Origin: Halalkalibacterium halodurans
GTDB taxonomy: Bacteria; Bacillota; Bacilli; Bacillales; Bacillaceae_D
Direction: 5' to 3'
Length of the DNA stretch: 13,328 nt
Assembly (NCBI RefSeq): GCF_004376175.1
Contig: NZ_SNUY01000079.1
Span: 2,076-15,403, forward strand
Positions 6,527-12,382 of the stretch are shown here, in pieces. A program made the position numbers and the translations under genes. The notes below the pieces were generated by a model. It saw only the letters and a list, made by a program, of their open reading frames with translations, was not told the DNA's origin and made no database searches. Every line of letters starts with the position of its first letter. The first letter of the stretch is position 1.

Positions 6527-7810
6527 TTACACTGCCTGTAATCCATCCATTTGAGGAATATCTTTTATTAATCTTGAACCATCAAATTCACACTGTTTTT
6601 GACCAATGACAAACAACACACGTAGTAACTTACAACACAAGGCAATCAAAGATTGTTGCTTTTTCAAAGGGCGTTCAGGGCGTTTGGTGTAATAGTGATG
6701 CAGGGCTTTAAATGTTGAATTATGGGCGACAAGGGGACGAATCGCTAAATATAAGGCTCGGCGTAATCGTTTCCTTCCTCGCTTTGTAATCCTTGTTTGC
6801 CCTTTAAATTTACCTGAACTGTGCTCACGTAATGATAGCCCTGCTAAGTTCACTAATTGTTGAGGATGAGAGTACTTTGAAATGTCCCCAACTTCCGCAA
6901 AGAATAATCCAACAGTCACCGCCCCTAAGCCTGGAATTTTCATCATTTGTTGGGCACCAGGTAATGTTTCAACGATGGCTTCTAATTCCTGATCCAACTC
7001 TTCTAATTGCCGCTTAAAAAGCTCATACTGCTCAATAAGATTCTTCAGTTCACACTTGGCAAATTTCAAGCCTACTTCAATTCCAATGCTCTTTTTGGCT
7101 GTTTCTACAAGCTTCGTTGCGCGCTTAATGCCAACTCCTCGTTGGACATACGGTTTCCATTCTTGAAGAACCCTCTCTGGTGTCTTTTTATGAATATCAG
7201 AGGGGAACGGAAACAGCTTTAGGGTACAGAGAGCGGCTTTGCCTTCCCAATCTCCAAACACATCGAAAAACTCTGGAAAGTAGCGTTGAATCACATTTTG
7301 AATGCGACCTTCTGTGATCATTAATTGTTCAGTAAGCTGATCTCGAATTTTTACGCATTCTCTTAGTTCCGCATATATGCCATCTAAGAGGTTTGGTACA
7401 GAGTATCGCCCATCTTTGATTAACTGGGCGATCACTTTTGCGTCTTTCGTATCGTTTTTCGTTGGAGAATTGTCATCAAGTTCTTTACTTTTCTTAACGT
7501 GCATTGGGTTCACGACGACAAAGTCGTAACCTTTTGCCGTTAGATAGTAAGCAAGACTCTTCCAATAATGTCCTGTTGGTTCTACGCCAAAAATGACGTG
7601 ATTCTTCTTGTGTTTTTCTTGGTGTTGCTTTACCCACTCAACGAGGGCTTCAAAGCCAAAGATTCGATTTTCAAAGATCAAACGCTTTCCAAAGTCTAAT
7701 CCACGATCATCTTGAGCACGTGCGACATGTTTATCTTTGGCAATATCAATACCGATAATTAACGTTGATGGTGTGATTTGCGAGATTTTTTGATTTTGAG
7801 TATAATTCAT
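6527..7810 (-). CDS. IS110-family transposase/recombinase (DEDD RuvC-like N-domain plus Transposase_20 C-domain)
   Basis: 427 aa. Motifs: IGIDIAKDKH, FGVEPTGHYW and KNDTKDAKVIAQL (DEDD motifs), then IPGLGAVTVGLFFAEVGDISKY...LREHSSGKFKGQTRITKRGRKRLRRALY (C-terminal domain with the conserved Ser). RBS GGAGG lies 7 nt before the ATG at 7810. Confidence 0.95.
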   Translation of the reverse strand: MNYTQNQKISQITPSTLIIGIDIAKDKHVARAQDDRGLDFGKRLIFENRIFGFEALVEWVKQHQEKHKKNHVIFGVEPTGHYWKSLAYYLTAKGYDFVVVNPMHVKKSKELDDNSPTKNDTKDAKVIAQLIKDGRYSVPNLLDGIYAELRECVKIRDQLTEQLMITEGRIQNVIQRYFPEFFDVFGDWEGKAALCTLKLFPFPSDIHKKTPERVLQEWKPYVQRGVGIKRATKLVETAKKSIGIEVGLKFAKCELKNLIEQYELFKRQLEELDQELEAIVETLPGAQQMMKIPGLGAVTVGLFFAEVGDISKYSHPQQLVNLAGLSLREHSSGKFKGQTRITKRGRKRLRRALYLAIRPLVAHNSTFKALHHYYTKRPERPLKKQQSLIALCCKLLRVLFVIGQKQCEFDGSRLIKDIPQMDGLQAV

Positions 7811-7871
7811 GTTGAGTCCTCCTTGGTTCTAATTTAAGGGTCCTTACGCTGCGCAGCTCGGGACACCTCGT

Positions 7872-7901
7872 ATAATACCAAGAGGGCTCTTTTTTGTTCA
7901 A
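7872..7901 (-). promoter_or_regulatory. Candidate internal promoter of the IS110 recombinase gene
   Basis: The minus strand reads TTGAAC (7901-7896), 18 nt, then TATTAT (7877-7872), about 55 nt upstream of the ATG. Both hexamers lie inside the inferred element. Confidence 0.35.
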
Positions 7902-7935
7902 TCCTCAAATTTCTTCATTACAGGAATGCTCCTTT

Positions 7936-7973
7936 AAATAGAAAAACCTTAATCCTCTATAATTGGATTAAGG
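7936..7973 (-). terminator. Strong minus-strand terminator-type hairpin in the flank next to the IS110 insertion site
   Basis: CCTTAATCC (7947-7955) pairs with GGATTAAGG (7965-7973), a 9-bp perfect stem with a 9-nt loop. On the minus strand it is followed by TTTTTCTATTT. No minus-strand gene feeds into it once IS21 is conceptually removed. Confidence 0.5.
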
Positions 7974-8024
7974 CTTTCGGTCATAAAAATAATATATATT
8001 CATAATCATTTTTATTTCACATTC

Positions 8025-8031
8025 GAAAATC
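8025..8031. repeat. Target-site duplication of the IS21 element, left copy (GAAAATC)
   Basis: GAAAATC sits immediately outside the TGT... terminus and is identical to 10487-10493. The duplication is 5-7 bp depending on whether the flanking C/G belongs to the IR. Confidence 0.7.
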
Positions 8032-8078
8032 TGTATTTGGCAAGAGAAAAATGCATAAAACGGCAAGCCTTTTTGCAG
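8032..8078. repeat. IS21-family terminal inverted repeat (istB-proximal end)
   Basis: TGTATTTGGCAAGAGAAAAATGCATAAAACGGCAAGCCTTTTTGCAG aligns with the reverse complement of 10439-10486 at roughly 70% identity. It starts with TGT and has TGGCA/CGGCA motifs repeated internally, as is typical of IS21 multi-repeat ends. Confidence 0.75.
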
Positions 8079-8099
8079 CCACTTAATAACACTTATTCC

Positions 8100-8825
8100 T
8101 TACATATTGTTCAAAAGGAATGACTCTTTCATTCGGTTACTATCTCCTCCGAAAATCACTAAATGAGAGTGGTGAATCAGGCGATCTACCACGGCTTCCG
8201 TTAAAATAGGGTCGCCAAATACATGATTCCATTGCCCAAACTGCAGATTTGTAGTGATGATAATACTCCGCTTTTCATAACACAAGGAGATGACCTGGAA
8301 GAGTAGCTCGGCCCCATGTTTGTGAAGCGGTATATATCCCAGCTCATCCAGAATTAAAAGATCAAGCTTCTCGATTTTCTTAAACAGCTTATTGAGATTT
8401 CCTTTGTCATTCGCCTCTAATAACTCATTGGCTAGAGAAGCAATGGTATAAAACTTCACTCGTTTCCCATATTTTTGTATCGCATTCATGCCAATGAGGG
8501 TGGAAAGGTAGGTTTTTCCTGCACCAACGCCGCCATAAAACACCATGTTTTCTTTTGATTCAATAAATTCACCGTCCAGGAGAGATTGTTGACTTAACCC
8601 CTGCCCCAGCTGAATATCCTTCCAGTCAAAAGGTTTGCCGGATACGTTCGGCAGGGTTGCCGCCTTGAACAAAAGATTAATTTTTCGTTCTTCACGCTGT
8701 TCTATTTCTTTTTCAAAGAGCTTCAGTAAATATTCTTCTGTGTTCGCCGCTTCTACCTCTCGGTAGTTCTCTCGAATCCAGCTTAGCTTTAAGCGCTTGG
8801 CATATTCTTGGATCTGTTCCTGCAT
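8100..8825 (-). CDS. istB: IS21-family helper ATPase IstB (AAA+/DnaC-like)
   Basis: 241 aa. Walker A is FYGGVGAGKTYL and Walker B is LLILDELGY. The C-terminal segment TEAVVDRLIHHSHLV is typical of IstB. The start codon overlaps the istA stop. Confidence 0.95.
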   Translation of the reverse strand: MQEQIQEYAKRLKLSWIRENYREVEAANTEEYLLKLFEKEIEQREERKINLLFKAATLPNVSGKPFDWKDIQLGQGLSQQSLLDGEFIESKENMVFYGGVGAGKTYLSTLIGMNAIQKYGKRVKFYTIASLANELLEANDKGNLNKLFKKIEKLDLLILDELGYIPLHKHGAELLFQVISLCYEKRSIIITTNLQFGQWNHVFGDPILTEAVVDRLIHHSHLVIFGGDSNRMKESFLLNNM

Positions 8826-10333
8826 TAGGCCTTCCTCCTTTCCTGCTGGAAGAAGACATCGTATTGATTCATACCTCGTTCAGCTATTGGCATTACTGGA
8901 ACTGTACTTTTTAGCCTTACTGTCTCTCTGGAGCCTCTGCCATGAATGAGCTGATGAAAGACTTGCTTTATTGTTTCTGTGGATGGATGACATCGCTCGG
9001 ATGCAATTTCCAGGGCCTCTGTAGCTGTCTCCAGACTATGGTCTTTAAGAAGGTCTGAGAGTAACTGAAGCGCCTTTTTCTTTTCTTCCAGAGTACATTC
9101 CTCCAGATAAGTTTGCCATTTAAAGGGCAGTTGATCATAGAAAGTTGTATATTTTAGCGCCGTCGGCCTTTTAGCCATTAGGTACAGATAAGGCTGCCAT
9201 TTCATCGACTTTGATTCTTCTCCATACAGTCGTTCATGGCTCACAATCACTTCATAGTTGTCCGAAAGGATATCTATCCTGTTATAAGTGATGCCAGCCA
9301 ATACCTTTTGATTGGCAAAGCGCGGGGAAGTAGAATACCTTTTCGTATCTACTAAGATATAGCCGTACTTGTCTGCTTTGAGAGTTTCATAGCGTACACA
9401 AGAGTATTCTTCCGGCGGTAAATACATTAACGCTTCTTTGTCCTCTTCAAACAGCCTGGCAATTTCTTGTTTCTTTTCATAATGAGGACGGTTTCGATCC
9501 TTTTCTGCCTCCTCCCATAACCGATCATTCAAATTATCCAGCTGATATACCGTTCGTTCCGGAAGGAAGAAATTATTCCTCGCATATTTAACCATCGCTT
9601 CTACATGTCCTTTTTCATTGCCGGCACCCGGATTACAAAATTCATACTCAAACCCGTAGTGCAAAGCGAAGCGCTTGAAACCCTCAGTAAGCTCGCGTTT
9701 TCCTTGTGGTAAAACCTTTTTTACTGCGGGGGATAAATTATCAAAACGAATCCTTTTTGGCACTCCTTGCAGATGATGGAAGAACCGTTTTAAGCCCTCC
9801 AGGAAACATTCCTGATTTTCAGCTTCAAACACCTGAACTAAGAATGCGTTACTGTATGGAAAAGAAAGCACCAAATACGGCAGGTCTATAACCTTTCCCT
9901 TTACTTTAAAAGGGGCTTCCCCAAAATCTACTTGAGCGTCTCCTGGCTTGGATTCCAACGGAAGAGCAGCGTCATCGCTTTCTTCCAATAACTCCTTTTT
10001 CCGTTTGGAGACATACCCGCGTACAGTTCGCTCTGAACCTTTGAAACTTACTTCATCTTTAAGTAATTGCCAAATACGTTTGGCAGTCCTTCGATACTTC
10101 TTTTTCTTCTTCATATCCTCTCTCAACCATTGATCAACTATGTCTTTGACTGGATCCATTACTGGAGCCGGCTGAGCTTTCTTCTTCTTCTTTTCCGGTT
10201 GGAAATTGTCCATATCGGCATACTTTTTGACTGTGCGGAAATCCGTGTTTGTTCTTCTCGCAACATCTGAGTACGAATACCCTTTTGAGTTAACTTCATT
10301 TCTGATATACTTAATTTCGTCCACTTGTAACAT
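8825..10333 (-). CDS. istA: IS21-family transposase IstA (HTH plus DDE)
   Basis: 502 aa. N-terminal HTH (GYSYSDVARRTNTDFRTVKKY). The catalytic region includes GDAQVDFGEA and CNPGAGNEKGHVE. The gene is followed by a coupled istB. Confidence 0.95.
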   Translation of the reverse strand: MLQVDEIKYIRNEVNSKGYSYSDVARRTNTDFRTVKKYADMDNFQPEKKKKKAQPAPVMDPVKDIVDQWLREDMKKKKKYRRTAKRIWQLLKDEVSFKGSERTVRGYVSKRKKELLEESDDAALPLESKPGDAQVDFGEAPFKVKGKVIDLPYLVLSFPYSNAFLVQVFEAENQECFLEGLKRFFHHLQGVPKRIRFDNLSPAVKKVLPQGKRELTEGFKRFALHYGFEYEFCNPGAGNEKGHVEAMVKYARNNFFLPERTVYQLDNLNDRLWEEAEKDRNRPHYEKKQEIARLFEEDKEALMYLPPEEYSCVRYETLKADKYGYILVDTKRYSTSPRFANQKVLAGITYNRIDILSDNYEVIVSHERLYGEESKSMKWQPYLYLMAKRPTALKYTTFYDQLPFKWQTYLEECTLEEKKKALQLLSDLLKDHSLETATEALEIASERCHPSTETIKQVFHQLIHGRGSRETVRLKSTVPVMPIAERGMNQYDVFFQQERRKA

Positions 10334-10415
10334 CTCCTAAAACTACCTCCTGCCAGATTATTGGGTCCAACAGGAAGTGTATTGAATTTTTGGGGTGTTA
10401 GCAAGTGGCTTTTTT

Positions 10416-10445
10416 TATGCAGGCCCCCCGCGGGGGGCCTGCATA
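10416..10445. repeat. Perfect 30-bp GC-rich palindrome inside the istA-proximal end of IS21
   Basis: TATGCAGGCCCCCCG|CGGGGGGCCTGCATA, read directly. It is absent from the otherwise alignable opposite end of the element. Confidence 0.9.
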
Positions 10446-10486
10446 AAAGGAATGCCATAACCTACATTTTTATTCTGCCATAAACA
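10439..10486. repeat. IS21-family terminal inverted repeat (istA-proximal end)
   Basis: The reverse complement, TGTTTATGGCAGAATAAAAATGTAGGTTATGGCATTCCTTTTATGCAG, aligns with 8032-8078. Confidence 0.75.
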
Positions 10487-10493
10487 GAAAATC
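10487..10493. repeat. Target-site duplication of the IS21 element, right copy (GAAAATC)
   Basis: Identical to 8025-8031 and directly abuts the ...TAAACA terminus. Confidence 0.7.
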
Positions 10494-10539
10494 TTCCCTT
10501 AGGAAAATATGTCTGGTAAAATACAGAAAGGAATATATG

Positions 10540-10568
10540 TTCGCATTTGTGTTTTAAGTATATATTAT
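10540..10568 (+). promoter_or_regulatory. Candidate sigma-A promoter for the methyltransferase gene
   Basis: TTCGCA (10540-10545), 17 nt, then TATTAT (10563-10568), about 100 nt upstream of the M start. The region is AT-rich, so other hexamer pairs are possible. Confidence 0.25.
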
Positions 10569-10667
10569 ATCTTTGAATGACTTTTAGTTTGCTACATTTT
10601 ACTAGTTTGAAATGAAAATAAAAGTTGGATTTTATGTTATCATATTAAAATATGGAGAGTGATTTAA

Positions 10668-11588
10668 ATGAAAGTACCCCATCCTATTCCCTATCAAGGA
10701 AGCAAAAGAAACCTGGCAAAATATATTCTTCCATTCATTCCGACTGGTATTAACCAATTGGTTGAGCCTTTTGCAGGCTCAGCTGCTTTATCAATAGCCG
10801 CAGCAATTAATAACAAGGCAAATAAATATTGGTTAAATGATTTTAATGCTCCTCTAATTGAGTTACTCAAAAAAATGGTATTGGAACCAAATAAGGTATC
10901 AGATAGATACAGTACAATCTGGCATGACCAATTAGAAAACTCAAAAGAACATTTTTCAATAGTACGTGAAATTTTTAATGAAACTCATGAGCCAGAATTA
11001 CTCTTATATTTATTAGCAAGGTGTGTTAAAAATGCTGTTCGTTACAATGAAAAGGGAGAGTTTAATCAGTCAGCTGATAATAGAAGAAAAGGTCGCTCAC
11101 CAGAAAAAATGAAAAAGGAAATTGAAATTTTCTCTTCTCTAATGAAAGATAAAACTATTTTTTCCTCAGTAGATTATAGTGAAGTTCTCAACAATGTCGG
11201 TATTAATGATTGGGTTTACATGGACCCTCCTTATATGGGAACCACTGGCTCAAGTAAAAGATATATTCAAGGTCTTGATTTAGACAAATTTATCTATAAC
11301 CTAAAACTGCTTAATAATAAAAATATCCCCTTTATAATTTCCTTTGATGGCAGAACTGGCGAAAAAGAATATGGAGAAGAACTACCTAGTTTTTTAGAAC
11401 TTTATCGTTTAGAAATCAACGCAGGAAAATCTTCTCAAGCAACATTACAGGGGAAAAGTGAAGAGACTTTAGAATCTTTATATTTATCTAAAGAAGCAAT
11501 TAAGCGTTCACCTATATCAAGAGAGGAACTTTTATCAATTGAAAGGTCTTCTTTTAATAATCAACTTGCGTTACAATTGAACTGGTAG
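10668..11588 (+). CDS. D12-class (Dam-like, alpha-group) N6-adenine DNA methyltransferase, the M subunit of a Type II R-M system
   Basis: 306 aa. The N-terminal segment PIPYQGSKRNLAKYI matches the D12-class xxGxK motif. VEPFAGSAAL is the FxGxG SAM-binding motif and VYMDPPY is the catalytic DPPY motif; their order, I then IV, indicates the alpha group. RBS GGAGAG lies 8 nt before the ATG. Confidence 0.9.
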   Translation: MKVPHPIPYQGSKRNLAKYILPFIPTGINQLVEPFAGSAALSIAAAINNKANKYWLNDFNAPLIELLKKMVLEPNKVSDRYSTIWHDQLENSKEHFSIVREIFNETHEPELLLYLLARCVKNAVRYNEKGEFNQSADNRRKGRSPEKMKKEIEIFSSLMKDKTIFSSVDYSEVLNNVGINDWVYMDPPYMGTTGSSKRYIQGLDLDKFIYNLKLLNNKNIPFIISFDGRTGEKEYGEELPSFLELYRLEINAGKSSQATLQGKSEETLESLYLSKEAIKRSPISREELLSIERSSFNNQLALQLNW

Positions 11589-11610
11589 TTTTGAACCAGT
11601 TCTTTTTTTT
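11579..11610 (+). terminator. Intrinsic terminator between the M and R genes, overlapping the M stop codon
   Basis: GAACTGGT (11579-11586) pairs with ACCAGTTC (11595-11602), an 8-bp perfect stem with an 8-nt loop, followed by T8 (11603-11610). The M stop codon TAG is at 11586-11588, spanning the last base of the 5' arm and the first two loop bases. Confidence 0.6.
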
Positions 11611-11627
11611 AGAAAGGAGTAATATCA

Positions 11628-12347
11628 TTGTCTACAGCAGACCCTCGAATACTTGAGTTATCTAAAAAGTTAGGAAAACGACCCCGTTCCGTAGTAGAAC
11701 ACATTATTAAATATGGGTCAGTAAGTACCACAGAATTAAAAGATATATATGGTTATGACCATGCTCCTCGTGCTGCTCGAGATGTGCGTGAAGCTGGAAT
11801 ACCCTTAGTAACTAAAATGGTCAAAAATCAAACGACCGGTAAAAAAAATGCTGAATATACATTCGGAGACTTAGATAACTTAAGAAATGACATTTTAAAA
11901 GGTAGGAAAAACTTCCCTATCAAGTTTAAAAAAGAATTATACGAGCTACATGACTACAAATGTGCGGTTTGCAACGCAGAGTATTCTTCAAGAGTCCTAC
12001 AAATCGACCATCGAATTCCATTTGAAGTTGCTGGTGATAAAGTTGATACTTTCGCAAATAATATTGAGGATTATATGCCTTTATGTCCATCAGATAACAG
12101 AAATAAATCTTTTTCATGTGAGAGTTGTAAAAACTGGTTAGAAATGCATAATTCAGATATTTGCAAGTCTTGTTATTGGGCTTCACCAGAAAATTATGAA
12201 CATATTTCAATGGTAAAAGAAAAACGTGCTGAGCTTATTTTTCGAGAAGAAGAATTAAACGTGTACGAAGCTTTAACGGAAAAAGCTCAATTAGTTGGAG
12301 AAACAGTCGAAGATTATATTGTAAATTTAATAAAAAAAAATAAGTAA
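11628..12347 (+). CDS. HNH (beta-beta-alpha-Me) endonuclease with an N-terminal winged-helix domain; putative Type II restriction endonuclease
   Basis: 239 aa. The HNH core is YKCAVCN...LQIDHRIPFEVAGD...PLCPSDNRNKSFSCESCKNW, with two CxxC zinc pairs, a DH catalytic pair and a downstream N. TTG start, with AAAGGAG 8 nt upstream. It lies directly downstream of the methyltransferase. The recognition sequence cannot be read from the sequence. Confidence 0.75.
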   Translation: MSTADPRILELSKKLGKRPRSVVEHIIKYGSVSTTELKDIYGYDHAPRAARDVREAGIPLVTKMVKNQTTGKKNAEYTFGDLDNLRNDILKGRKNFPIKFKKELYELHDYKCAVCNAEYSSRVLQIDHRIPFEVAGDKVDTFANNIEDYMPLCPSDNRNKSFSCESCKNWLEMHNSDICKSCYWASPENYEHISMVKEKRAELIFREEELNVYEALTEKAQLVGETVEDYIVNLIKKNK

Positions 12348-12382
12348 AGAGCCGTCAGAATACGGTGCTTTACTTATTTTTA

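Larger units (their letters stand above)
6118..7924 (-). mobile_element. IS110-family insertion sequence with an IS1111-like layout (short 5' end, long 3' non-coding end)
   Basis: The element contains the DEDD/Transposase_20 recombinase gene. The outer limits are set by near-identical direct junction repeats: AAATTTCTT-ACAGG (6118-6131) and AAATTTCTTcattACAGG (7907-7924). The unambiguous interior is 6132-7906 (1775 bp). The exact crossover point inside the repeats is undetermined. Confidence 0.7.
8032..10486 (-). mobile_element. Intact IS21-family insertion sequence (istA-istB), 2455 bp
   Basis: It has TG...CA termini, ~48-bp imperfect IRs, both genes intact and translationally coupled (TAATG overlap at 8823-8827), and a flanking GAAAATC duplication. 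Confidence 0.9.

Noticed and set aside
6832-7222. Two plus-strand ORFs (61 and 71 aa).
   Set aside because: Both are antisense within the IS110 recombinase gene, whose own frame has full-length family motifs.
9706-10270. Three plus-strand ORFs (61-67 aa).
   Set aside because: All three are antisense within istA and give low-complexity products.
10416-10445. The GC palindrome as a rho-independent terminator.
   Set aside because: There is no U-tract after the stem on either strand. On the plus strand the T-run precedes the stem, and on the minus strand the stem is followed by an A-run.
10159-10458. 99-aa minus-strand ORF spanning the istA 5' end and the IS21 terminal region.
   Set aside because: It overlaps istA out of frame. 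Its N-terminal part is simply the translated GC palindrome and terminal repeats (…CRPPAGGLH…), so it is not credible as a gene.
11926-12210. A 94-aa minus-strand ORF (11926-12210) and a 63-aa plus-strand ORF (11950-12141) inside the endonuclease gene.
   Set aside because: One is antisense and the other is an alternative frame of the HNH ORF, which carries the catalytic motifs.
12348-12380. A hairpin after the endonuclease stop as its terminator.
   Set aside because: AAAGAGCCG/CGGTGCTTT has a 2x2 internal mismatch, leaving only 4+4 bp, and the tail is interrupted (ACTTATTTTT). It is too weak to call and may have been disrupted by the adjacent IS256 insertion.
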